Position numbers and translations under genes: made by a program. This document shows, piece by piece, positions 19,460-29,023 of a DNA stretch of 64,000 nt; the first letter of the stretch is position 1, and every line of letters begins with the position of its first letter. The stretch comes from Parvibacter caecicola. Lineage in GTDB: Bacteria; Actinomycetota; Coriobacteriia; Coriobacteriales; Eggerthellaceae. The notes beneath the pieces are model-generated. The model was not told the origin of the DNA. It saw nothing but the letters and a program-made list of their open reading frames with translations, and did no database searches. The stretch spans positions 50,719 through 114,718 of the forward strand of contig NZ_QIBY01000007.1 in the NCBI RefSeq assembly GCF_003725335.1, written 5' to 3'.

Positions 19460-19765
19460 TCACGCGCCCCGGGTTGCCCTTTCCACGAAATCAAACACCT
19501 CGTCGATTTCCTTTTTGTCGTTGGCGAACTCCGCCAAAAAAGCGCGTCCGGCCTCGGTGAGCGAATAGTATTTCCGCAGCCGCCCGTTGTGCTCGGCCTT
19601 GCGCACCTTGATTAGCTTTCTGCTCTCAAGCCGCTTCAGCAGCGGGTACAGAGTGGACTCGCTGATGCCGATTGACGCGGGCACGTCTTTGATGATTTGG
19701 TAGCCGTAAGACTCCCCTTGCGCCATGGCGGCCAGCACGCAGGCGTCCAGAAAGCCTCGCTTCAT
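19460..19765 (-). CDS. PadR-family transcriptional regulator
   Basis: YGYQIIKDV...STLYPLLKRLE winged helix. Confidence 0.85.
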   Translation of the reverse strand: MKRGFLDACVLAAMAQGESYGYQIIKDVPASIGISESTLYPLLKRLESRKLIKVRKAEHNGRLRKYYSLTEAGRAFLAEFANDKKEIDEVFDFVERATRGA

Positions 19766-19946
19766 TTGCGTATCCATCATACCTCCTGGCGCGGCATACT
19801 ATATGTTACATAGTATGTTGTCAAGGGAGATTTGCATCGCTAACACCAAGTGCAACTCGAACCCCTCCTCTTGCAACTAGGGCCAGCTGCCCTTGAGGCG
19901 CAGCGGATCCTTCTCCATACTGTTCGCCGACAAGGAAGGAGAAGCC

Positions 19947-20384
19947 GTGAAACTTGACGTGAAGGAAGACCCGGCGCTGGACGACGTTGAGGTGCGCATC
20001 CGCTGCCCCCGCATCGACCGTCGAGTGCGGCGAATCATCGAGGCGGCGGAGATTGAGGACCTGCGGCTGGTGGCCCAGGAGGGCGGCTTTCTGCGGGTGG
20101 TGGCGGCGGACGCGGTGCTGTACGCCGAAACCGTGGATGCCAAGACGTTTCTCTACACCGCCGACAAGGTGCTGGAAACCGGCTTGAGCCTGAGCGAGCT
20201 GGAAGAGCATTTGCAGGACACCGAATTCGTGCGGGCCACACGGCAGATGCTGGTGAATCTGGCTCACGTGCAGGGGCTGCGGCCCTACCTGAACGCGCGG
20301 CTGGAGCTAGCGCTGAGCAATGGCGAGCGGGTGGTGGCATCGCGGCAGTTCTCGCCGGACATCAAGAAGCGCATCGGCCTGTAG
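19947..20384 (+). CDS. LytTR-family DNA-binding protein
   Basis: LytTR domain (FVRATRQMLVNLAHV). GTG start after GGAAGGAGAAG. Confidence 0.72.
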   Translation: MKLDVKEDPALDDVEVRIRCPRIDRRVRRIIEAAEIEDLRLVAQEGGFLRVVAADAVLYAETVDAKTFLYTADKVLETGLSLSELEEHLQDTEFVRATRQMLVNLAHVQGLRPYLNARLELALSNGERVVASRQFSPDIKKRIGL

Positions 20385-20412
20385 CGGCGATGCCAGAAGA
20401 AAGGATGCAATC

Positions 20413-20844
20413 ATGAGTCAATTCGCAAAGCAGATCGTTGTTTCCACCTGCGTAATGTTCACCCTGTTCATGGCGGTGAGCAGCGTGGCGGTAATTATCG
20501 CCACCGGGCCCCAGTACGGCCTGGTGATGACCCTCACCCTGCTGCTGGCCTCGGGGCTGTTCGCGGTGCTGCGGGGACTGTGGTTCACCGACCGGGTTAT
20601 TCGGAAACTGACCTACCCGCTGCGCATTTTGGGATTCGGCATCACCGGGTTCGTATCGCTGGCGGCATGCGCCCTGCTGGGCGGATGGTTTCCGATGGAC
20701 AACCCCTGGGCCTGGGGCAGCTTTGCCGCCATCTTCCTGATCACCCTGGGGGCGTTTTGCCTGGGATATCAGATTTATTTCCGCAAAACCGTGGGCAATT
20801 TTGACGCCGCCCTGCGCCAGTATCACCAGAAGATGGGCCGCTAG
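20413..20844 (+). CDS. DUF3021-like small membrane protein (LytTR partner)
   Basis: Four predicted TM helices. SD GAAAGGA. Adjacent to the LytTR gene. Confidence 0.55.
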   Translation: MSQFAKQIVVSTCVMFTLFMAVSSVAVIIATGPQYGLVMTLTLLLASGLFAVLRGLWFTDRVIRKLTYPLRILGFGITGFVSLAACALLGGWFPMDNPWAWGSFAAIFLITLGAFCLGYQIYFRKTVGNFDAALRQYHQKMGR

Positions 20845-21395
20845 GGCCGCGGCAGTTCGCTCCAGTGCTCCTTAGTCAGACGGGAGAAGCTCGCGGCGCG
20901 CACGTCCCCCATCAGCTCGCAGGGCACGTTCTCTTCCCTGTGATGGAAGATGAAACCGCACTTCTCCATTACGCGTTTGGACTGGGCATTTGCGTTGTCG
21001 CACACGCACCAGAGCGCCTGCAGGCCCAGGTCGGCGAAGGCGCGGCGGATGAGGGCGCGCGAGGCCTCAGGGATGTAGCCGCGCCCCCAATGGGGCTTGC
21101 CCACCCAGTAACCCAACTCCGCCTCGCCGGCAGCAAGCGGCCGCGTGCCGGCGGCGCCGAACAGCAGCCCCACGCTGCCGATGGGCTCCCCCGACTCCTT
21201 CAGCACCACCGCGTAGGTTTCGGGGGCCGAAAGCACGTCGCGGATAATCTCCCGGCTGTTCTCCACGCTGGTGTGGGGCGGCCAGCCGGCAATGGGCCCG
21301 ATGGCTGGGTCCTGCGCATAGCGGAAAAGCGCCTCGGCATCGGCCTCTTCCCAAGGCCGCAGCAACAACCGCTCCGTCTCCAATCGCGTCATCAC
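20841..21395 (-). CDS. GNAT-family N-acetyltransferase (RimJ/RimL-like)
   Basis: N-terminus reads [20 protein letters not shown], typical of the family, and the acetyl-CoA fold region is present. Confidence 0.85.
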   Translation of the reverse strand: MMTRLETERLLLRPWEEADAEALFRYAQDPAIGPIAGWPPHTSVENSREIIRDVLSAPETYAVVLKESGEPIGSVGLLFGAAGTRPLAAGEAELGYWVGKPHWGRGYIPEASRALIRRAFADLGLQALWCVCDNANAQSKRVMEKCGFIFHHREENVPCELMGDVRAASFSRLTKEHWSELPRP

Positions 21396-21612
21396 AGCTC
21401 CTTAAGATACGCGAGCTCATCCATCGTGAAGGTGTCGTAGCCTTCGTAGCGATAGCTGGCATTTTGCTTGCGCTCGATTGTAATCGAAATGCTGCGTGAA
21501 TCATGGGCGCGCGAGGTGAGCGCCCCGAGGTTCTGACAGCCGCAACTTGATTTCTGGAACGACCGTAACGAGGCCCTTGCCCAACAATTACGAGCCGAAA
21601 AGAGTCTACGGA

Positions 21613-22728
21613 TTATTGGAGAGTAACGGCCGCGGGGATGTCCTCGGCAGCCTCGGCGCCCTCCGGGCCTTGCGCGGCCCGTCCGCCTTCGCCCGTCGCG
21701 GCACTAATGGCGGGAATGAAGTCGTAGGGCATCTGACGGGCCACCAGGTAAAACACCGCAAGCGCAGGCGCCGCAAACAGCGGATACCGCAACACGAGCA
21801 ACAGCGCGGCCGCCCGCAGCGCATAGAAGGCGGCGCGCGCAGGGCCGGTGCGCTTGCACGTTTCGCACGACATGCGGTAAAACATGCCCGCCGGGGTGCT
21901 GCCGTCCCGCAGCCAAGGGACAACCACTTCCACCACCACGAAAGCGGCCCCATAGCAAGTCACCCATACGATATTGTTAACCTGCACCAGCAGATTGTCG
22001 TCGAAAGCATCGCCCATCAGCATTCTCAGTCCGATCACCACCATAAGGCGCGGCACCACCGCGCACACATCGATGATCATGGCATCCGTCCATAAAGCAA
22101 CCGCGCGGCGAACGAGGCCCGGGCGGTGCGTCACAGGCGGCATCACCGCTTCCTCGCGCCGGGTCAGCCTCACGGCCAGATGCCCCAGCCCCCAGCCCAC
22201 CACGCCGCCGAGAGTATTCCAGAGAATGTCGTCCACATCGAAGGTGCGAAATGCGAAGGGATACGCCCCGAACAACCCCGTGAGCTGCGCCGTTTCGATG
22301 AGGCAGGTTGCGAAGAGCGAGAGCGCCAGGGCAAGCGGGAACTTCAGCTTCAAAAGGGTGCGCGCGATGAAGCCGAGCGGGACGAAGAGCACAACGTTGA
22401 ACAGAACTTGGAGCGCAGCCTTCAAGCCGCCCTCCATGATGTCGCCGATGGAGTTCAGCGGCACCCACTGCGGGGGCATGCCGTATGTGATGCCGGGCCC
22501 CGAATCGCCCGTAGGCAGCGGGTACAAAGTGAAGCACACGAGGCCGGCGGCGTAAAGGATGCTCGCGTACACGGCGAACACCGTTGCGAGGGACAGCCAC
22601 CCATCGCGCCGGTAGAGCCCCATCAGCACGGGAACGCTGAGCAGCAGCGACAGCAACGGCCATAGCAAAACGGCCACATCGAAACTTCCGCTGAAACTAG
22701 CTATATACCCATTGATGACTGCACCCAT
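21613..22728 (-). CDS. VanZ-like domain protein fused to a C-terminal RDD-like membrane domain
   Basis: VanZ-type sequence (NVVLFVPLGFIARTLLK) followed by a second TM domain. Start is uncertain; the ORF extends upstream to 22974. Confidence 0.6.
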   Translation of the reverse strand: MGAVINGYIASFSGSFDVAVLLWPLLSLLLSVPVLMGLYRRDGWLSLATVFAVYASILYAAGLVCFTLYPLPTGDSGPGITYGMPPQWVPLNSIGDIMEGGLKAALQVLFNVVLFVPLGFIARTLLKLKFPLALALSLFATCLIETAQLTGLFGAYPFAFRTFDVDDILWNTLGGVVGWGLGHLAVRLTRREEAVMPPVTHRPGLVRRAVALWTDAMIIDVCAVVPRLMVVIGLRMLMGDAFDDNLLVQVNNIVWVTCYGAAFVVVEVVVPWLRDGSTPAGMFYRMSCETCKRTGPARAAFYALRAAALLLVLRYPLFAAPALAVFYLVARQMPYDFIPAISAATGEGGRAAQGPEGAEAAEDIPAAVTLQ

Positions 22729-23012
22729 AATCGAAAAGAGTACCACAAAGGCGCCGGCCCGCAAGACGCGCAGCGCTACCCTGCGGGCAAGGCCGATGCC
22801 TATAACCGTGCTTCGGCATCGCGGGCGACCTCGCGGGGAGAACGCCCGAAGCTTTTGACCTGCGGCGCGATGATTGGAGCCGGAGCTTCCGGCAGAAGCG
22901 CCAACGCTGAAACCGCACGGCACTGCCGACAACGGACTACCCGACAACCCCAACGCGAAACCGCAACGTGCCAAGATATCCTTGCGGAGAAGGCCGCAGA
23001 TCCGGAAAGGGG

Positions 23013-23558
23013 CTACAGGTCCACCGAGAAGACCTCGGTTTGGTTGACGAGGTCGAGAGCGAGCTGCAGGGCGGAAATCTCGTCCGCGACAGCGCGGTAG
23101 TCCGCTTCGGCTTGAGCGGGATCGTAGTTCGCATAGCGGTATTCGATTTGCCCGGAGCCGCCGAGGTAGCGGTCGCTCAGCCGCTCTTTCGGCTGGCGAG
23201 AGGCAAGCTCGTTCAGGCGATCTTTGCGGCCGGAGAGCTGGGCGAGCAGGATAAGGGCCTCATCGATGGTGATGCCCTGGTCGGGCAGCGTGGTGTGCAT
23301 GTTGAAGCGATGCAGGGCGTGGCGGATTGTCCGCGCCTCGGCATCGAGCTGCGCCACGCGTTCGCGCACGGCGCCATAGTCGTAGGCGGGCGGCTCGGCC
23401 GTCTCCCCTTCCGCGAGCACAAAGGTGCTTACCTCCTGCTCGCTTCGCAGCAGCCAATCCTTCTCATCCTGCAACCGCCGCAGGTACTTATTAGCACTAG
23501 CCGATGTGAATTCCACAGGCCCATCCTTCTCGCACCGCCAACACAACGCGCCCACCAT
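23013..23558 (-). CDS. Hypothetical protein, predicted coiled-coil
   Basis: 181-aa ORF with host-like GC content and protein-like composition. No recognised domain. Confidence 0.4.
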   Translation of the reverse strand: MVGALCWRCEKDGPVEFTSASANKYLRRLQDEKDWLLRSEQEVSTFVLAEGETAEPPAYDYGAVRERVAQLDAEARTIRHALHRFNMHTTLPDQGITIDEALILLAQLSGRKDRLNELASRQPKERLSDRYLGGSGQIEYRYANYDPAQAEADYRAVADEISALQLALDLVNQTEVFSVDL

Positions 23559-23654
23559 ACCAGCCCACGCGACTGGCGCGCATTAGGCAAGAGGGTTCGA
23601 TTGGAGATTGATACTTTTGGGCTTTTCGGAACCATCTACGAATCAACGGAGGTT

Positions 23655-24878
23655 TTACGAAAGGGGCAACAAGTATACGTTCTCTCCATCCGTAGCGAGC
23701 TGGTGCGAGTGATTGTGCAGGTCGTTCACCGCCTCCAAACTTTGTTTGAACGGAAGGATATCGGGGGCTTTCGCGCGCTGTAGCTTCTCCATGAGGGCAC
23801 GCGTTTGATCCTCGTTGAAATTGCCGACCCCCTTGCCCGCTTCCTCAAGGGCCCCATCAACGGGAGTCAGGTCGCCCAGGGGCGTCTGCTTGATAAGGGC
23901 TCCTAGTCCAGCGAATGCCGCAGACACGCCCCCAAGCACCACCGCATCGGCCGAGGCCTTCGAGCTCTCCTCGGTGGCGTTGTAACACTCGGTGTACAGC
24001 TTGCGATACTCGTTTCCATGGTCACTAATTTTTGTCGCTACTGCATTCAGATTTGCCTCGTCGAAGTTCTCGCTCAGCATAGGCTCCAGGAAAGCTGCGA
24101 ACGAATACGTATAGGTTGCCAGCTGATACTCTTTCAGTCGATCAAGCACCTCATCGAGTCGACCGCCTACGGCCAGGCGCAATTCTACAGGGCCTTTCTC
24201 GTTCACTTTGGCTCTTATCTGCGCGCGGAGATGGATGATGGCCTGCTCGGATTCCTGCTTGATATCAACAACTTTCATATGGGCATTCTGGCGCCAGATA
24301 TCGTTGTTCCAGTTATAGCGATACGCCTCAAGCACGTCTTCGAGCGTCTTCACGTTACCCCGCAGCTCAGCCTTATCTTTCTGGCGCATGTACTCGAACA
24401 TCTCGTTGACGGTATCCTGGATGGCATCAAGCTTCTGGTTGATCTGTGCAAGCGCAGCCGCCATGAAGAGCATCGTCGGGTCATAGGGCATCGTGGCAAC
24501 GGATTGGATAGAACCCGAATCGATTGTCTGAAAACGAGCCTGCTGCAACCCCAAGTCTGGTTCGTTGTAAGAACCAATTAGCCTACCGACACTTTTATTG
24601 AGACGCGATATGTCGAGAAGATTTCCGGCCTTATCTGTGGCCTGCAACAAAGTAGGCATATTGATCGTCGTCGTAACAGATCGAAACATTGCCGGAAGCG
24701 AACCGAGCCCAACACCCAAAGCCGCCATCTGGCCCAACGGGAGCTTGAAAGCATCAGCAACATCAACCTCAATATCCGTCGCAGCTAGATGGATGTCGGC
24801 AATCGACAGCCGCCTTCGAATCTGATCGGCATCCGCAATGGCTCCCTCCAGATTAGTATCACAATCGGTCATTTTCAC
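23655..24878 (-). CDS. Hypothetical protein
   Basis: 407-aa ORF, lower GC than the core, divergent from the SNF2 operon. No recognised motif. Confidence 0.45.
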   Translation of the reverse strand: MKMTDCDTNLEGAIADADQIRRRLSIADIHLAATDIEVDVADAFKLPLGQMAALGVGLGSLPAMFRSVTTTINMPTLLQATDKAGNLLDISRLNKSVGRLIGSYNEPDLGLQQARFQTIDSGSIQSVATMPYDPTMLFMAAALAQINQKLDAIQDTVNEMFEYMRQKDKAELRGNVKTLEDVLEAYRYNWNNDIWRQNAHMKVVDIKQESEQAIIHLRAQIRAKVNEKGPVELRLAVGGRLDEVLDRLKEYQLATYTYSFAAFLEPMLSENFDEANLNAVATKISDHGNEYRKLYTECYNATEESSKASADAVVLGGVSAAFAGLGALIKQTPLGDLTPVDGALEEAGKGVGNFNEDQTRALMEKLQRAKAPDILPFKQSLEAVNDLHNHSHQLATDGENVYLLPLS

Positions 24879-25157
24879 CTCTCGCGCCTCGGAGTTACCA
24901 CGTCTTCAGCGGCATCATACCCATTTGCTCTTTGGCCGTCATCCTTGACAACTCAAGTCCAAAATGGCGCAATTCGGAAGCAGGGTCCCAACAGATTGCA
25001 GAAACTGCTTTTCCGTGACAAGCGAACCATCACTGCCAGCCGCCCGAGGAGACATTCTTGTTGTGCGCTTAGAAAGCGCGAAGGACGAACCGATGCTTCT
25101 TTAGGTAAAATTGCAACAAACTTAGAGAATGTCATACTCTCTATCTAGCGAGGGCAG

Positions 25158-28100
25158 ATGGAACCGAAGTTTTTCGACAACAAGCTCAGCATAGTCAAAG
25201 ACGACCTCGTCCAGACGATCGAGGGCGGAGACTCGCTCGCAGTAGCGGCCGCCACCTTCTCGATGTACGCCTACCAGGAGCTCAAAGAGCAGCTCGACGG
25301 GCTGGACGATTTCAGGTTCATATTCACCTCGCAGGCGTTCACCCAGAGCAAGGCACCGAAGGAGAAGCGGGAGTTCTACATCCCGAGACTCAACCGCGAG
25401 CAGAGCCTTTTCGGCACCGACCTTGAGATACGCCTCAGAAACGAGCTCACGCAGAAGGCGATCGCCCAGGAGTGCGCCAACTGGATCCGCGCGAAGGCCA
25501 CCTTCAAGTCATTCGACGGCGAGGAGGGCATGGGAATCACAGCACTGACCGTGAGCAAGGACGACGACACCGTCGCGTACATGCCCTTCAACGCGTTCAC
25601 CACCTCCGAGCTCGGAACCGAGCGCAGCCATTCGAGCTACGGCGTCATAACCCGCCAGGAGCCTGCGACGTCCAGGATGCTGCTTGAGACGCTCGACAAG
25701 GCATGGGACGACCCTGCGCTTGTGGATGTGACGGAGGCCGTCATCGACAGCATCCAAACGATGTACCAGGAGAACGCGCCTGAGCTCATCTACTACATGG
25801 CGCTCTACCGCATCTTCAACGAGTTCCTAGGCGACATATCCGAGGACGTGCTCCCTGACGATCGCGTTGGATTCCGCGAGAGCCTCATCTGGAACAAGCT
25901 CTACGACTTCCAAGGCGACGCCGCTCTCGCGATCATCAACAAGCTGGAGACCTATCAGGGCTGCATCCTGGCCGACAGCGTCGGCCTCGGCAAGACGTTC
26001 ACGGCGCTCGCCGTGATCAAGTACTACGAGAGCCGGAACAGAAACGTGCTTGTGCTCTGCCCGAAGAAGCTCAAGGACAACTGGCTCACCTACAGAAGCA
26101 ACCTCGTGAACAACCCAATAGCCGGGGATCAGCTCCGCTACGACGTGCTCTATCACACGGATCTCTCGCGCACGAGAGGGACATCCGAGACCGGACTTCC
26201 CATCGGTCAGATCAACTGGGGCAACTACGACCTCGTCGTCATAGACGAGTCGCACAACTTCCGAAACGGAGGGGATTCCGCCTCCAAGAGCGAGGACAAG
26301 GAGAATCGCTATCAGAAGCTCATGGAGCGCGTCATCAAGCAAGGCGTGAAGACTAAGGTGCTCATGCTCTCGGCCACCCCCGTGAACAACCGCTTCCGCG
26401 ACCTACGCAACCAGCTCGCGCTCGCCTATGCGGGCGACGAGAGCACGTGGGAGGGAAAGCTCCGCATCAACGGTAGCATCGAGGACGTCTTCGCGAACGC
26501 TCAGCGCGCCTTCACCCAATGGACGAAGCTGCCGCCGGACCTGCGTACCACAGACGCTCTCACCCACATGCTCGACTTCGACTTCTTCGAGGTGCTGGAC
26601 CAGGTGACCGTGGCGCGCAGCCGAAAGCATATCCAGCGCTACTACGACATGGCGGCCATCGGCCCCTTCCCCAGGCGCAACAAGCCGATATCCAAGCGTC
26701 CGAGCCTCTCAACCGAGAGCGGCACCATCAACTACCGCGAGATCTACGACCAGCTGGAGAGCCTGCTGCTATCCGTCTACGTGCCCTCGCAGTACCTGCA
26801 TCCGAGCAAGGTATCCAAGTATGCCGACGGTGAGACGAACCTGACAATGGCAGGGCGCGAGATCGGCGTGCGAAAGCTCATGACCGCGAACCTCCTGAAG
26901 CGCCTGGAGAGCAGCGTCCACTCGTTCAAGCTCACGTTGGAGCGCGTCCGCAAGAACATGCAGGACACGCTGTCCCGCATCGACGACTACAAGCTCCAGA
27001 AGGCCGAGGGCTTCAAGGTCTCGGACATGGAGGGCTTCGATGCCTTCGACTTCGACATCGACGATGATGAGGAGATGTCCTTCGAGGTGGGCAACGCCAC
27101 CAAGTTCGACCTCGCCGACATGGACTGGCTCTCCTGGGAGCGCGACATCGTGTCGGACGTCGAGAACATCGACATCCTGCTGTCCATGATCGAGGACATC
27201 GGGCCAGAGCGCGATGCCAAGCTCGTCGAGCTAAAGGAGCAGATAAGGCAGAAGGCGGAGAACCCCATCAACCCAGGGAACAAGAAGATCATCATCTTCA
27301 CCGCCTTCGCCGACACCGCAGAGTACCTCTTCGAGCACGTGTCCAAGTTCGCCAAGGACGGGCTCGGCATCGAGACCGCCATGGTAACGGGAAGCGGCAG
27401 CGGCAGGAGCACGGTCGAGAAGCTTCCCTCAGACATGACGACGCTACTCGCGTGCTTCAGCCCGGTGTCGAAGGAGCGCGAGGCAACCGCGCCGGATTAC
27501 GAGGGTGCCGATATAGACATCCTCATAGCCACGGACTGCATCTCCGAGGGCCAGAACCTGCAAGATTGCGACTACCTCATAAATTACGACATCCACTGGA
27601 ACCCGGTGCGCATCGTCCAGCGATTCGGGCGCATCGACCGCATCGGCTCCACCAATGACGTGATTCAGCTCGTGAACTACTGGCCGGATGTGGAGCTCGA
27701 CGAGTACATACAGCTGAAGGAGCGCGTAGAGGAGCGCATGCGCATAACCGTGCTCACTTCCACAGGCGACGACGACTACATCAACGAGGAGGAGAAGGGC
27801 GACCTTGAGTACCGCGAGCGCCAGCTCCGCCAGATGCAAGAGGAGGTCGTGGACCTTGAGGACGTGACGGGCGGCGTGTCCATCACGGACCTCGGCCTCA
27901 ACGACTTCCGAATGGACCTCGTCGGCTACTACAAGGACAACCCCGACATCGACCGCCTCCCGAGCGGACTGCACGGCGTCGTCAAGGGCGTTGAGCCAGG
28001 CATAATCTTCGTGCTTCGCAACGTGAACCAGGATGTGAACATCCTGGGGCGTAACCAGCTCCATCCGTTCTATCTCGTCAACATCGGAGCTGATGGTTCG

Positions 28101-28397
28101 GTCATCGAGGGGCACCTCTCCCCGAAGGACGTGCTCGACACCATGCGGCTGCTCTGTCGAGGCAAGGACGTACCTGATGACGCGCTCTGCAGGGCGTTCA
28201 ACAAGAAGACGAAAAACGGCAAGGACATGAGATGGGCATCCAGGCTGCTTGTTGACGCGATAGCCTCCATCGTTGAATCGAAGGCCCAAGGCGATGTTGA
28301 CAGTTTCTTCTCCTCGGGTGTCTCCACCTTCTTGGAGAATGACATCAACGGATTGGACGACTTCGAGCTCATCTGCTTTTTGGTGGTGAACGAATGA
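25158..28397 (+). CDS. SNF2-family helicase
   Basis: 1079 aa. Walker A ADSVGLGKT, DESH box VVIDESHNFRN, and a C-terminal helicase domain (QRFGRIDRIGS). Confidence 0.85.
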   Translation: MEPKFFDNKLSIVKDDLVQTIEGGDSLAVAAATFSMYAYQELKEQLDGLDDFRFIFTSQAFTQSKAPKEKREFYIPRLNREQSLFGTDLEIRLRNELTQKAIAQECANWIRAKATFKSFDGEEGMGITALTVSKDDDTVAYMPFNAFTTSELGTERSHSSYGVITRQEPATSRMLLETLDKAWDDPALVDVTEAVIDSIQTMYQENAPELIYYMALYRIFNEFLGDISEDVLPDDRVGFRESLIWNKLYDFQGDAALAIINKLETYQGCILADSVGLGKTFTALAVIKYYESRNRNVLVLCPKKLKDNWLTYRSNLVNNPIAGDQLRYDVLYHTDLSRTRGTSETGLPIGQINWGNYDLVVIDESHNFRNGGDSASKSEDKENRYQKLMERVIKQGVKTKVLMLSATPVNNRFRDLRNQLALAYAGDESTWEGKLRINGSIEDVFANAQRAFTQWTKLPPDLRTTDALTHMLDFDFFEVLDQVTVARSRKHIQRYYDMAAIGPFPRRNKPISKRPSLSTESGTINYREIYDQLESLLLSVYVPSQYLHPSKVSKYADGETNLTMAGREIGVRKLMTANLLKRLESSVHSFKLTLERVRKNMQDTLSRIDDYKLQKAEGFKVSDMEGFDAFDFDIDDDEEMSFEVGNATKFDLADMDWLSWERDIVSDVENIDILLSMIEDIGPERDAKLVELKEQIRQKAENPINPGNKKIIIFTAFADTAEYLFEHVSKFAKDGLGIETAMVTGSGSGRSTVEKLPSDMTTLLACFSPVSKEREATAPDYEGADIDILIATDCISEGQNLQDCDYLINYDIHWNPVRIVQRFGRIDRIGSTNDVIQLVNYWPDVELDEYIQLKERVEERMRITVLTSTGDDDYINEEEKGDLEYRERQLRQMQEEVVDLEDVTGGVSITDLGLNDFRMDLVGYYKDNPDIDRLPSGLHGVVKGVEPGIIFVLRNVNQDVNILGRNQLHPFYLVNIGADGSVIEGHLSPKDVLDTMRLLCRGKDVPDDALCRAFNKKTKNGKDMRWASRLLVDAIASIVESKAQGDVDSFFSSGVSTFLENDINGLDDFELICFLVVNE

Positions 28398-29023
28398 TCC
28401 AACTCCCTTCCACCACGCGTGTCGACAGGAGGCTCCCGAAGGAGGATTTCTATCGTAGGCTGAAGCTTACCGGCAAGCAGCGCGACGCCTTCGTCAACCA
28501 GATCGAGAGCATAACCATCGCAAACTCCGTGAAGCCCTCGACCATGCGAGTGTCCGACGGTGCGGAGACTCACGAGATCTTCGTAATCGACCTTGCGCTC
28601 AAGGAGTCGTGCGTCCCAGCCTTGGTCATCGAGACGATCGCAAAGGCGAACCCCCACAAGATCCTTTTCAGGAGCGAGTTCGGAAACGAGGAAGTTTTGT
28701 CGGTCTACCGACAAGGCAAGGAATGGCACACCGACTGGGTTCCGACCGAACTCGAAAGTATCTCGATTCGAGAAGACAACCTCGATGCAATCTGGGACGG
28801 GATATGTGCCGAGGTCATCTTCGGAAACCCCGCCATAAAGGACGTCGACGGAGAGCTGAAGAAGCGCCAGAAGCTCAAGAGCCTGGACGAGGAGATAGCG
28901 AAGCTGGAGCGCGCCCATGGCAAAGAGAGGCAGCTGGGAAAGCGAAACGAGCTGTTCAGAAAATTGCAGGAAGCACGAAGCGAGCGAGAAGCCGTGCTGA
29001 AAGGATGGACATGGAAAAGATAG
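28394..29023 (+). CDS. DUF4391-like protein
   Basis: 209 aa. N-terminus reads RVDRRLPKEDFYRRLKL, with a basic coiled-coil C-terminus. Its start overlaps the SNF2 stop (ATGA). Confidence 0.55.
   Translation: MIQLPSTTRVDRRLPKEDFYRRLKLTGKQRDAFVNQIESITIANSVKPSTMRVSDGAETHEIFVIDLALKESCVPALVIETIAKANPHKILFRSEFGNEEVLSVYRQGKEWHTDWVPTELESISIREDNLDAIWDGICAEVIFGNPAIKDVDGELKKRQKLKSLDEEIAKLERAHGKERQLGKRNELFRKLQEARSEREAVLKGWTWKR

Noticed and set aside
23581-23600. GGGTTCGATTGG resembling a tRNA T-arm at the left GC break
   Set aside because: The surrounding sequence has no acceptor stem or anticodon arm, and no cloverleaf can be drawn. Not a tRNA or tRNA fragment.
22968-23783. 271-aa plus-strand ORF
   Set aside because: Antisense to the better-formed 181-aa minus-strand ORF, and it runs into the low-GC junction. 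Its composition is garbage-like.
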